In this document: one piece after another, positions 36,196 to 49,904 of the stretch
How the letters are laid out: the number at the start of each line of letters is the position of its first letter
Numbering within the stretch: position 1 is the first letter of the stretch
Source of the DNA: Balanoglossus misakiensis
Taxonomy: Eukaryota; Animalia; Hemichordata
DNA: 64,000 nucleotides
Reading direction: 5' to 3'
Assembly (NCBI GenBank): GCA_040954595.2
Contig: CM082587.2
Span: 7,677,705 to 7,741,704 of the forward strand
The notes under the pieces: generated by a model
Told to the model about the DNA's origin: nothing
What the model saw: the letters and a program-made list of their open reading frames with translations, nothing else
Databases searched by the model: none
Position numbers and translations under genes: made by a program

Positions 36196-39100
36196 TATTA
36201 ACAGCAACAGACTCACTCTAATGAGGAAGCCTCTATGTATAAATCACATATTTGACCTAAAAGTGAAATAAAAATACACAGAATTTACCTGTGTAATTAG
36301 GAAACCTGTCTATAATAAGGACTCTCGCTTTTTGTAGGTGTCCATGAAAGACAGGTTTCACTGTAAAATGGATCTAATCAACATTTTTCATCGCAGATTA
36401 AAGTTTTCTCAATAAGGTCATTACTGACTATAGGTCTTTTACTTTTTTTCTCTGATAAACACATGTATACTCAGATGAAAACAAATTAGTGAATCATGTA
36501 CATTGTACATGTACACATGAGTGTGAGGGAAATGTCAGAATGTACTTGATAAAAGATTCTCCACTCTCCCAAATACATGTACACCCAGTTTCCCATATAT
36601 GGCTCTGGAAAACCTTGTTAACGTGACAAGTAAACAATTGAAGGGGAGGTTGACGGGTTGAACAGTTCCATACATTGTTTGTAGGGCCTGGATCATGACA
36701 GAGTAGAGTACAACCATCTTGTTGACATCAAAAGCATTCACAGCTACATGTAAACCAGCCAGCTCAAAATCTCAATTTATAGCAGAAATAAACATCAGTT
36801 TTAGGCTGATCACCTCGAGAATTCTATGTGGAACATTGGAGCAAAAAAAAAAACTAAAAGTTTTACCAATATGTGGCATTGAAATGACAATTTTTTTAAG
36901 AAAGGTCACACAGCTTGGCTTCTCAACCTTTCCCACTTCCCATCCACCATATCTGAACAACAACAAAGGACTCATACAAGCCCAAAGTTTGGCAACTTTA
37001 CCACTCTTGGGGAAACTTTCAAACCAACGGCACACATACAAATATTACCACAAGAGAACATCTGAAACTATTCCAAAACAAAAACGGACAAATTTACACT
37101 CTGATTGGTGTAGTTGCGGTGAATGTGAAAAAAATCCATCTCGGGTCACAGTGTCGACTCAGACACCAGGAACCGAAACCCGCCCCTGTCTGGAAATCGT
37201 CGAAAGAACGAAGTGAAACCGCTTGACGTGACTGAAACAAGTCGAGATAATTCACCTACCTGTTACACACACAGATCGAGTGTATGTATCCGTCATCAAC
37301 AGCATTATCTATCCTCTCTCAAGATTATCAAAACCATCTAAAGTATAATGGCCGGTCCCTGCAAGGCTCTAATCTGCCTCCTTTGTTCTACCAAATCCAA
37401 CCACACTCTCAACCACAGGGTGTATAGAGTTACACTTTATGCAAAAAACATTCAGGCCGGGATCAGATTTCCCGGTAGTGTACCCGGACTCTAGTGTATA
37501 TACACATGTCTGCTGAATGGGAGTATTTTGCTCGTGATTCATGACTGTGTACCGCAAACTCGTTTACATACCAGGTCAATGACCCAAGACAGGAGCTAGC
37601 ATCTTACAGGTGAATGCTCGGAGTTTCTCAGGGATGGGTGTTTCCCACGCATGGCTGATCCATGGAATAATTGCATTGCTGGACAAAAAAAACCTGATAT
37701 AGTTACATTTTAATGGCCATTAAACTGGGTGTAGCTCCCTTATAAAGTACAGTAAAATTATGTTACACTTTTTTAAAAACACTCAAATCACAATGTCAAG
37801 GTCTATAGAGCCATTAGGACGGCAAAAAAGATTAAATTTCAGCATTTCATTATTTCATTGCCTACAGCACAGTCAGGGAGCCTACTGCAGCAATTGTTGG
37901 TTATTGATTGTCATCAAAAGTATTCCAAAAATTGACATTAATTTGGTGTCAGTTTTTGAATACTTTTGATGACAAAGCCTTGCGTTATTTGTACCTCAGC
38001 TCTGATTCACTGCGAGTTCCTGTGTGTGCCCTCACCTTGCCATACAACACCGCTACTTGACTTGACCTGATATATTTGCATGTGACCTTCTGGTAATTGT
38101 CAGTGATGTCCTCATAACCGTTTAGTGTTATCTTTCAATGACTCTCCAGTCATGTTTGTTTGTTTGTTTTTGGTCCTTACTGGCAGTGAAAGCAACCATT
38201 TTATCAACGGTGTCATCTTTCAATGATTCTACAGTAAATGGTTATAATTTGTCCGGCCTTGCTGCTGTGAAATATTCTCCCTTTGTGAAACGGTGACCAT
38301 TCACTCTAGAAATCCAATGACCTCTCAAAGTATAGCTCTGCTCTAACATGTAGTTCCGTTCCATCAACTGACAAACACTCGTATTTGCCGAGCTTTGACT
38401 CTGAGAACAGATGTAAATGGACTGCAAGGTATAACTGTTAACCGCCATATTTACATTTGTACGATGTATGCAGATTAGGGAACCTCAGTAAACAAGTCCC
38501 TGAACGGGAAAAGTTATATGGAGTCAAATAGTATATGTAGCAGTACATGTATGCATGTAGTATGTAATACTACTTTTATATCGTTCTTGTTCTTGTTGTA
38601 ATGTTTAATATCATGCACACAAATATCACCTACAAAAATCACATTATTAATCTTTACTACATGTAGTTTAGTCCTGCCATAAAGTTAAATTGATATATAG
38701 TACACATATATTTCATAGTCCTCTAAAATATTGATTCAATAAAAAAACATTGTTGATTTAGTGCAATTTTTCAATGAAACTAAAACTCTGAATGTCTCTT
38801 TGATTTAATGCTCTTAAACCCTTGCCTCCGGGTGAATGGTCACTCACTGCAACTTTTTTATTTCAGGAAACGAGGGGGGAGGGGCCGGCAGTGGTTACCG
38901 TCAATTCACTGCGTGCAGGTAGAGAGCCTATGTATACTACACGACCAATTCAACACATGCTCACGTTATAGCACTCAAGCTCTTTGTTCCGACATCTATT
39001 TATAGCCACCTGTTTCACTCATTGTGCGTTTTGGTGGAAATTATTGCTGGTACGTTCAGTGTCTGCTGTGCACAGACGCAGTGTTTTCAGAGTACATATA

Positions 39101-39594
39101 CCACGCGATACAAATCGTGTCTACCAGTACTACAATACATTACACTCGATTACCTCGCCACAAAATGACAACTATTGTCGTTCATGACCCGCGATGTCCG
39201 CCAGCTGCGGGGAAACAGCAGCTATCCATTACTGAAATTGTAGATTCAAAAGCAGTCCTGAGATTTTCTGTCTCTCCGTCTGCTAGATGTTTTCCCGTGT
39301 ACTCTTTGTAGTTATAATGACCCGGATCTTCTGGTCGTAAATGTCCAGTGGTTTTCGAATTTCATTTGATAAATCGCAGGATATTTTGCTTGCAAGGGTG
39401 GAGGTACATGTACTGTCACGTGCATTAATTTGCTAATGTTTTTGTTCCATTAACTCTGGACAGAGGAGCGATCACGATCTTTTGTATTGGGGTCCAAAGA
39501 AGCTGGTAATCTGAAGCATGGATTCTGGGCTGAGCACAATGTAGGATTGACCAAGCTGTGTACAAACTTGACTGCTACTGTATATACATGTAAA

Positions 39595-39660
39595 CTGTAA
39601 GACAGGTTATTTTCGCGAGCAATAAATTTTCGTGAAATACGTGAGAGTAAAAAATACGTA
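39595..39660. mobile_element. Truncated family A fragment
   Basis: CTGTAAGACAGGTTATTTTCGCGAGCAATAAATTTTCGTGAAATACGTGAGAG matches the left end of family A. Confidence 0.65.
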
Positions 39661-40449
39661 ATTTGTATGGATTCTTTTTGGGGCAAAATCTTTCTTGCTG
39701 TGTATTACAGCAAAGAGAGAGTCTATGATTACACACATCCCGGTATTCAGAGACTGCCACATGATATCTGGTACTCAGCTTGCTAGATGCATTGTACGTG
39801 CACAGTACTGTGTAGCATTCTCAGACCTTGCAGACATAAAAGTGTCCCTTTCTCGTCAAGTGACAGTGTTAATACGGCGGAGGTTATATATTAATAACGA
39901 AGACAGGTGGGGCTGTCACCTGAAGACAGGACCGAGTTACTGTAAAAGAGATCACCTATAACCCAACATGACAGAGGGGTGTCATCGCCACCAGAATACA
40001 CTAACGCCGAAGCCGTAGCGAAAATGACAGCGGGATTAGCTAGAACGCCTGCAGCACAAAACGCTGTCCTTGCAGCCGCGACAAACTGCAACTGGACCCA
40101 AATCCCTGCAACATGAACTCAGTCGATGAATGACATCCAAAGAAAACCCTGAAAGTACACTCTGACATACATTTAGCAAGTGTTGGCTTCAACTGAGTGA
40201 CACCGAATCTAATCTTTCGTAGAACACTAACTCAGTTTGTATGCACCCAAACTGAAAGTCTGCATAATTGGCTGAGGGATTTCTCCTGGCTTAGAACTCT
40301 ACACTGACATGTTCGCCTAGCCATCATTAGGTGCACTTATGCCATCATGTGTACATTTGAATCCACAGCAAAGTCTCTCGGTGACCTGGGGTGACCTAGA
40401 TCATAACACACTAACAGTTAATATTGGTACTTTTGACACTTGCCAACTA

Positions 40450-40642
40450 CTGTAAAACGGGTTATTTTCGTGAAATACGCGAGACCCCAAAAAACCTGAA
40501 AATAAAAAGTCGCGTAAATGCTTATCGGAGATAACGATGCAGTTAGTGAAAAACGAGAACGTGAAAATTAATCCTCGCGTAACAGTTGCCACTTTTGTGA
40601 AATAGTGAAAAATTTCTGTCGCGAAAATAACCCGTTTTACAG
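40450..40642. mobile_element. MITE family A subfamily with variant TIR
   Basis: TA|CTGTAAAACGGGTTATTTTCG...CGAAAATAACCCGTTTTACAG|TA; interior homologous to family A. Confidence 0.82.
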
Positions 40643-41249
40643 TATGACTGGCATAAAATAACCTTTCCCAACGAAAGTGCAAAGATAACATGATTAATGT
40701 GCATTAAATGCGGAAGTTCACTTTATGTGGGCACACAATTTATTCTTAAGGCGACTACTGACTCCAGCCATCATGAGTCATGTCATGTAGAACTTGTATG
40801 TACATGTACATGTATACACACTGGGGTTGTCTCCTCTGTTGTCTATATACATGTACATAACACTGGATGGTAACTTTGCGTTTTGCAGACCCAGAGATCG
40901 CAAACTACCAGTGGAACACCACAGAGACAAAAAAAAAAGATGGCCGAAACGTTACATGCACATGTATGGTTATGATATTCCACATAGTTGTCTGGGTCAT
41001 CAACACAACTGCCTTGCAGGTGTCCGCAGAATCACAGGCCATGGTTAATGTAAATCAAACAAGTTAGGAGACTTTTGTTTTCATTTAGACAACTACATGT
41101 AGGCAAAGGAGTATTTGTTGACTTAGTACATATTTGTCTCCAATTCCCATGTTCAGCTGCTCCTGTCACTCTCATCTATATCAGGGGGTTTATTTTGTTA
41201 TTTTAAATTGTAACGAAACAGATATGCAACATACATTACATTGTAGGTA

Positions 41250-41424
41250 CAGTATTAAAAACCTGTCTAACCTGAACACCACAGGGACTGAAGAAATTGT
41301 CCGGTTTATAGACGTTCTTTTGACGCGTGCTTCAATCAGTGTCAAAGGGACGGGGAAAGGTGTTTGGTATACATGTAGGCAGGTTTCCAGATTAGACAGG
41401 GTTCGTTTTAGACAGGTTTTACTG
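41250..41424. mobile_element. MITE family B (CAGT...ACTG termini, TA TSD; Tc1/mariner-like)
   Basis: TA|CAGTATTAAAAACCTGTCTAA...TTAGACAGGTTTTACTG|TA; related fragments near 22641-22712, 27106-27192 and 36300-36365. Confidence 0.7.
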
Positions 41425-41926
41425 TACATTCAACTGCCCAAATGTACAGAATACTCATTTTAACCATCACAAACACATCTTGTATTCCATACGCTGTATT
41501 ACGAACAATGACAAGGTACGGGCCAGGAGACCTCTGGAGAAACAGACCATACACAGCAACAAAACAAAATCTTATCAGGCCACAGTACTATGTATACTCA
41601 GCATGAGGCTATAATCCCCAGATATATCATTTCATATAAAATATTTACCACAGAGAAAGTTCATCTCCACTTTTTTCCAGTCAAACAACTGAAAGCCCCA
41701 GTCCCTATGTTCCTAGAAAGATGACACTACTGTAGTAGCTACTTGTATAATTAATTCAGCTGCTGCTGAGTTTATATTGAATTCTAGATTTTCATGGAGA
41801 CAAGATGGGAAGTACCCTTGATGCAAATGAGGTTGACTGTGACATACATGTACATGTAAATGTATTACATGTAGTGAATAAAAATTTACATGAATGTCAC
41901 TAAACATGTGTATACACTAACACATA

Positions 41927-42138
41927 CTGTAAAACAAGAAATTTTCGCAACAGGAAATTTTCGCGATATCAAAAGAGGCAACTGTTACATGAAGATTAAT
42001 GGTAACATTCTCATATTTCTCTGCATAGGGAAACTACGAAAATCATTTTATGTGACTTTTTATTTTTGCGTATTTTTTGGCACTCGCCCGTTTTACAGTA
42101 CTTTGCGTATTTTTTGGCACTCGCCCGTTTTACAGTAC
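41927..42138. mobile_element. Degenerate inverted family A copy with tandemly duplicated right end
   Basis: TACTGTAAAAC start; 37-bp unit TTTGCGTATTTTTTGGCACTCGCCCGTTTTACAGTAC repeated at 42065-42101 and 42102-42138. Confidence 0.65.
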
Positions 42139-44441
42139 TTACACTATCAAGGTTCCGGTTTGACACAGTGACGTATAATACAAGGGTCTAAAAATTCACT
42201 CCACACGACATCACTTTGTGAAAACCTCTTCTAGTGCCGTGAAGTGGTACCCCAACACCGGAAGAGATCCACTTATCTTCGTCTGAGCCTGGATTTGTCA
42301 CACTCCAGTGCCAGTACTTTCCGCAGCGGCGCAAATTTCAAACTTACGATATTTTAGGTTGATCGCCTGATGCAGTCACTATTACCGCAATAATTCAAAT
42401 AAAAATGTTCCATCAAAAAGAACACGTGAAATAGGTAGATGTCAGAAACATGTAGTTCCTCTAATGTTTAATGAGGTAGCTTCTACAGCTATGATGTTAC
42501 ATGGATCATTTTCTATGCGAAAATATTACATTTGTATGTACATGTAATGTTGAATGACAATAGATGCTTGCTAGACTCATCCATACATCAATAGTCTTGC
42601 CGTCTCTGTCACAGTACTTTCCATTTTTAGGTAAATTCACCTTAAACTGCTGAGCCTCAAGTTGACCCTTGACCCCAAAAGGTCACTGAGGTGACATCTG
42701 AAGAGTATGTTCATATTCATGAATCCCCCCATGTGAAATTTGCGCAATACAATTGTACATGTACAGACACCTTATTGATCAATGAATAGATTGGAAACAG
42801 CAACACTGACATATTAATTACATGTTTGCCAAGTCTGAGTAATCAAATTGATGTCTTTCAGCAAGGTGGCGGTTTTTGATGTATTACTTTCACCTGTGCT
42901 GGTTTACAATCAAGATCTTTTTTTTTTTCATAATGACTTCCAGTACATACCAATCATCCCAGGTAAAGCAACAATGTGCAGTTGAAATATTCATAGAGAT
43001 AAGCGCTACTAAACACTCAAGAAAGGTGTTTTCTGAGGGGAGTTTAAAAAAGCTTGTTTTCCACATGTGATCTCACTGTTTGAACGAGAGTCACTGATAA
43101 AGCCGTGATCTAGATTTTGGATATTTCTGAGCAACAAAGATGTACACAAGTATTCAAATACATGTATGAACATTGTGATACGAGAGCCTTTGAAAGGGCA
43201 GTCTCTTATACAAAACATTGTATTTTGGTCAGACTAAAACCTAAGCTGATAGAGGTAAAATTTTATTAAAACACTATGGTTTGAATATTTGTATATTTGA
43301 ATGTTTGTTATACGAGCTGGGAGTGACTGCAGCAAATGCACTGTACAGAACTGTGTGAACGTCTTGTCAACATCCTTGCACAAGCACTGACTGTCTGACA
43401 AGCAGAATGTACAGTGCAATGTACATGTAACAGACACGTGGACACACGCACACACACACACACTACTCACAGTGAAGTGGGAGTACTTCCCACTCCATTT
43501 GCAAAGTCTGACTGCATCACACGTATTTCACAGTTTAACGTCAATGGCTGCACACGTTTACATCTATTTCACCATTTGACAAAGCTATAGAATACTTAGC
43601 TCCATTACGTCAAATGCACACACTGCCCTGGGGCCGAGACACGTCACAAACCATCTCACAAACGTGGGCACCTTTCTGAGGTACACGCTCATATTGAACA
43701 CAAGCTACAATAGACACATCCCACGCACCATCACAATGGCTAATGCACAAAGCTACTGGGACAATACAGAGCACCTCTGAATGCCAGTGAGTTTTTTGAA
43801 ATTTTCCTTCCTCATTCTACTAACTTTCAATTTCAAAAATCTATATTCCAAAAATACTTTACCAGGAACAGAACACAAAACTGACAATAACTACATGAAC
43901 ACCTTGTACAATGTACATGACGTAAGCAGAGTGATAAAATGTCATAGAAGTTAATGTTTTCGGTGTCAATGGTAGTGGGGTTTCAAATGTCACAGATGAT
44001 CTGGAGTTATAAACTCATCTAATGTGAAACTCAGTTTTCTGAACTCTGCATTTGATAGCTGAAAAATACAAAAAAAACTAATGATCAGAATGATCAAAAA
44101 TTTGATTTCAACACAGCAGAACAACCACAATCAACCCAACTGAATTGAGATAATAGTCCATGTATTTGCTTGTTGTGCCGACATGATGACATGTGCGTGG
44201 TTGGGATCTGAAACAGCTGCACTTACATGTATACACCACCAATGTGTGATTTCCAAACAACTTTAGAATCCACATGATGCTCTCATTTCCCGTACATCTA
44301 CTTAAATCATGCATCCTTAAAACACTAAATGGAAGGGCAATGCTTCTCTAATAATGCGAGAAACACGGCACATGATGAAGTCAGACAACTCTACACACTG
44401 TCGCTTCACCCAGGTCTATTTATACCTGTAAATAATACACT

Positions 44442-44495
44442 TAGCTTAGTAGTTTTGGAAGCAAAGCGGACAAAATACAGCCAGGTACTAGGCTA
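44442..44495. mobile_element. Degenerate relative of the 59-bp element
   Basis: Right arm CAAAATACAGCCAGGTACTAGGCTA (44471-44495) nearly identical to 36171-36195; decayed left arm TAGCTTAGTA; no TSD visible. Confidence 0.55.
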
Positions 44496-45642
44496 CTCAT
44501 CTCAGTACCCAACCAGTACCACACCCCTGGCATTTTCACAAATTTCTAAATCACAAATAACACACTGTGCGTACAGTCAGTTCTACAAGACAACTGACTG
44601 ATTGGTGTGTACATAATCAACTTCAAGAGCCGATCTGGCTGAAATTGCGCACTGCTCAAACACTTTCCTGCGCAGCACCGGTCCACAAATTGGTTCCCCG
44701 CCGAAAGACAGGTCGGGGTGGATCAAAAGGCAACGGTCCATAAAAGTTCATTTCGGGTAGGGGTAATCATAGAGTGGTAAAAAATGCTTTTGAAGAACAT
44801 TGTGGGAGGCCATTTAGGTCCATTTAACGGCGTGGTGAGGACGGGGATATTTGCAAACTGTGAGGAGAGCTGGCTGAGGACTTCACAGCAGGGGACTTGT
44901 GAAACCTCTGGCTGGAGTCAAAATATCGCAGCCTGGATGAATTCCTTTACTGAGCAGTACAGTGAACTACATGTATGTTTTCAGATGTTGGAAACTGTAC
45001 ATCCAGGGACCGTCCGAAACAAGGAAGTGACCATCATACAGACTTGCAATCCAACACTTTGTTTCTATATGATGATATCACTGAAGTTATGTAATATGAC
45101 CATGAGCGTTTTTAATCACAAATGTATGGATGGATGGATGGATGGATTCCAGAAACAAGAACAATGTGTCTATTTCATGTCTTCTAATAATACTAAAAAT
45201 AAAATCACAATGTCCGAAAAATTTCTCTCCAAGACAGACTGAATTACACAATTATGCATTCAAGTTAGGAAAAAAAGATGCTGTCTGTTTAAGATATACT
45301 TCAAATTTTATAACAGTCCTGAACTGACAAAAATATTGAGGAACTACGTGTACATGTACTTCCTACAAATTGTAATGGCTTAGTCGTAATGAGACCTTCA
45401 TACCATGTGAATTGAGGAAAACACGCGAATGAAAACATCACCAAGAAATAAAGTTTACGATCTGTAAAATGTTGAAAATGGTTTCAAAAGAGAAGTGCCC
45501 CAAGATGGAAGTTGGGCAATAAATTCCGTCTGTCGACACGTTGGAAGACATAAATTAGCGGCACACAATCACCTCAACTGTGTCTAGAAATTTCGAACAC
45601 GCCTATCACTTCAAACATCTATTTTATTATAGGCTTATAATA

Positions 45643-45850
45643 CTGTAAAACACTTTATTTTCGCGAGCAATTAATTTTCGCGAAATACGCGAGAGCCAAA
45701 ATAGTGGAAAAATAAAAAGTCGCGTAAACTGTTTTTGAAGATAACAATGCAGTGAATGAAATAAGAGAACGCGAAAATTAATACTCGCGAAACAGTGGCC
45801 TCTCTCGATATCGCGAAAAATTTAACTAGCGAAAATAAAGTGTTTTACAG
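45643..45850. mobile_element. MITE family A, copy in Abl intron 1
   Basis: Same TIRs, TA flanks and interior. Confidence 0.9.
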
Positions 45851-48800
45851 TAAGTCCATGCAAATAGAAAGGCAAGACCTCACTATTAAAACCATGATAA
45901 ACTACTTGCACAAAAGCCTGCATACCAAAATGTAAGGGTAGAAAAGATAAGCTGTGGGTAGATTTATTACACTAGATGCCCTTAAATTAACCTATGTGTA
46001 TTCAACGTGGCCACTACCAGCATGTCTAGAATGTGTCGAGTCTTTTAATGAGCTCTATTAAAAGGCTGACTTTCTGGATGTTTGAAACCTCTGACACACA
46101 AAACTAGAAATATAAATATTATCGTGACAGGGCGATGTATCGGATTTCTCGTTCCATCTGAATGTAATTATCCAATATAGGATGGCTGTGGAACACTACA
46201 TGTAAAACTTTCAATTACTTTTCATGTGAGTGCATGAACACCTGATTTGTGTTGGCAGATTCTTTCGCCCGTTGATTCATTTTTATCATCAAGCATACAT
46301 TTTTCCGGCAAGAATACTTACACCTAGCCTTGACATGTGGAAGTAAATTTTATTTCAATCCAGAGAATGCGCATGTGAATTAATGGAAAATTTGACAAAA
46401 TATTGTTCAACTCACTCCAACGTCAAAGTGTGGGTCTCATATTGTGAACATCATCAATCAATTTCCCGCAGTGAATCTGTGTGATAAATCAACTACTGCA
46501 GATCTTGAAATGAAATACTGACCACCGTCTCATCTTCGGCTATCTCAATAATCAACAGTAACACTTTTTGAGTAAAGGTGGCAATCCACCAGGGTTTTAC
46601 GCAGCACCCAATGGGTCTCTGATTAATGAAGTGGGGTTAGCAGAGGTTGCTGGGTCTTTGGCTTTAAGGTGACCTCCGCTTTCAACACTATTTCCCATGG
46701 TACTACTACTACGATACAGTACATATCAGTAATTCCATACTCTGTACAGTGTAAGTTCTACATAGCCTTTGGTGCAGTATTATGTGAAGTTATACTTCCT
46801 TTATTCCTGATTTTCTTCAGTAATATACATTTGTAAGATGCAACTGTACTCAGTTGATGTATGTACATGTACATCATAACGCATTCATCTTTCAAGTAAA
46901 ACAATGACAACATTTGGCAAATAATGCTGAAGTGTTGTAGTGAGCTAGATCAAAAATTTCTGAATTGGCCACAAATTGCAGTGAATTGCACATTATTTGG
47001 ACTATCAGCTTCTCACTGCACTCAACTCAAGCCACAAATGAACCTGTAAATAATGAAATGAAATTATCGGAGAAAGAGGAAATAGAATATATCATTTGTA
47101 TACATAATGAGCAATAAGTGTAAATAGATGAAATGCAAAATTCTATTAGACCAGATTGACCGTGCAAATCAATGGTAATTCACATTATCCAAAGGTTTTA
47201 TCAGAAAAGCGAATCTTATTTTTGTCCACCAGATATAACTACATGTAAGATGGCTATGTGCATGTATTTATGTGGTATGCTTTACTACATGCATGTACCA
47301 TGCTGATTTTCCTGTGGCATTACAGATACATGTATAAGGGGATGACATTTACCATGTCATTTCAGGGAATTATTTTTCATGTCAATTTTGAGATAACCAC
47401 TGGGAGTTTCCAAATAGCTGCTTGTTCAGCTGAGACCGTGCACGCTGTAGTCTACGATCTTCTCTTAAAATTCTGTAGGCATGCGTGTGACTCCAAGATA
47501 TCATTTCGAAAAAGTAGCTCATCATAATCATCTTGGAAAATTTCCCCCCGACCAACGGATACAGATATTTCAGATGCAGGCAATCATCTTGAAAGTTGCA
47601 TGCATGTAAACGACACACTCCAGGTGGAGAAGCATTAAAGCAAATCAGGCTGGCAGAACAATTTGGGTTCTGTACAATCAGAGACATATAATTGGAGGGT
47701 TCCTATATTCCATCTTCTCCCACCAATCTTGAATGCGGTGTGAACTGTGATTGCTATCCTGAATTCCCCCAGAAAGTACATTCTACATCCATGCCCGACA
47801 GTTACACACAGCACAGCTGCATTATCAATTCTGAGATGGCACATCCTTCAGTGCAAAGAGCTATGATGTCATACAGTCATACATTGTACCTTGATAAAAT
47901 TCGTTTACGGTGGATTTTGTGGTGTGTGTTTTTTGTCTGGTTCAGGTCATATTTGTGCCATCCTTTATAATTTGTGTCTTATGCGATCACATCATCTAAA
48001 CGTAAAATTTTCAGTGATCATTGATGATAGGTTTTACAAATTACAAGCTAACTCTGAATTTATACATTTACAGGTTTGTGAATGATTTTGATGACAGGGC
48101 AAAATTATCGACACAGAGGAGACTTCTGCAGGTGTTCCAGATGGGAGCAGATTGCCCCCAAGGTGTTATTTTTTAAGGTGTTCAATACGGCTGACGACAG
48201 TATCAGATGGCATTCACATCGCCCACTCCACCAAACACACACTCATCTTTATTCTAAGCAGTAACTGAGCATGCATGACAAGATAGTCTGCATCAATCTC
48301 ACCAACACCTTTCTTTCTGCAGAAGGTGTTCATGTTCCAAAATGACAGACTGTTTAAGCAGATTTCTGATAGGTCCACCCAGGGGGAAAACTCGGTGCCA
48401 AATATTAGCAGCACATAATCGCTTTCTCGAATCATATTACATCTCCTCAACGTACCAAGCAAATGAACAGCCCTGGCGTCTTATGGAAGAAACGTCATCA
48501 ACACTGACAATATACATATGAATAGCAGCACATGTACGTGTATTATTACAAATGAAACGCTGGAAACTGATATGTAGCTCTCGAAGTAAAAGAACAGAAA
48601 ATGCACTGCAGTAATAACACTGACATGATCTGTTTTGGGATGAGCGCGCAGTCATAACCAGCTGGCTACACGCCATGCAGTTTAATAATTAAATCTCAAC
48701 GGAGTCAGAGAAAATGAAAGGATCCTGATTGCGTGCACCTGTATTTGGAATTCTGTACTTGTAATTTCTAATTTTGATTTTCTGCATACATGATATTTTA

Positions 48801-49860
48801 CAAGTTCAAACTTAACCTCAACCAGATTTGAAAGAAATTTTGACAAATAAATGTCACAATTATGACAGAGCCCAACTTATTACGTTATTCAATTATTCCT
48901 CATGTAGACCCCTGTTTTAACACATGACTGCTTTTCCATGCACTGACCACACAGGGCTATCAAAACCACACACACTGTTTACGGCTGTCTGACTGTACCC
49001 AGTGGACAGGCAGGCCATCTAGACAGACTAAACTGAGACCCCAATAGTGACATGATATCCACCCAGACAGACAACAAAATGTAGGCATAGGATCCAAAAC
49101 TAACAGGAAACCAAGCAGATAAGTTTACTTCTCTAATGAGGCTTCCCCCTGTAGACTTGGTCAATGTTTTCTTAATTAAACTGATGACAGTTATAAAACA
49201 CAGGCCAGCTGATAGCTGTTCACACCTCATTGACAAAAAAGATTAGAAATGACCTGGGCTTCAGACGCACTGTGACCTCTGCTTATGAAAACAATAGCTG
49301 TCAATGATCTTATCAAGGATTCCATTGACATTGAAGCCAAACATTGAAGCCACGCCACAAGACAGTCAAGCAAATCCAAGCTACTTAACAAACTGAAACT
49401 AGTCCAAGATTACACATGAAGCAGCTTCACTTTGGGGGCATTGGCACTCTTTATAAAACTCTTTGTTTGCCATCCTCAAATTTTCATAAAACCTTCCCTC
49501 CCACCAGAAAAAAATACCACACCAAGAATGGTAAAAAAAGAATGTTATTAAAGATGCCAAATCTCACAGGAAACCAATGCAACACTGGATCTGGGTTCCT
49601 TGGTTGGGAGGAGATACATGTATTTTCTCACAGAGTCCCCGAGTGCTGGGCTGTGTCAGAGGAACAAGCTTCAATAATAATATACTTCCTGGCTGGTTTG
49701 ATCTTGAGAGGAACATGAACCTCATAATGGATCCGGCTCGGACGGCGTTCCCGAGGAAGTCCTCTAGGCGTCATGCACACTCCGGTATGATCAGCTGCCT
49801 AGCCTTTGCTGTGGATCCATAGCCCTACCACTCCCCTGGCTGTCTGTGTGTACATGCACA

Positions 49861-49864
<4 letters not shown>

Positions 49865-49900
<36 letters not shown>
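49865..49900. repeat. (TG)n microsatellite
   Basis: Direct read. Confidence 0.95.

Positions 49901-49904
<4 letters not shown>

Noticed and set aside
39891-40091. Hydrophobic minus-strand ORF with phase-1 GT donors as an alternative Abl first exon
   Set aside because: No in-frame ATG (starts at TTG); the nearest ATG frame hits a stop.
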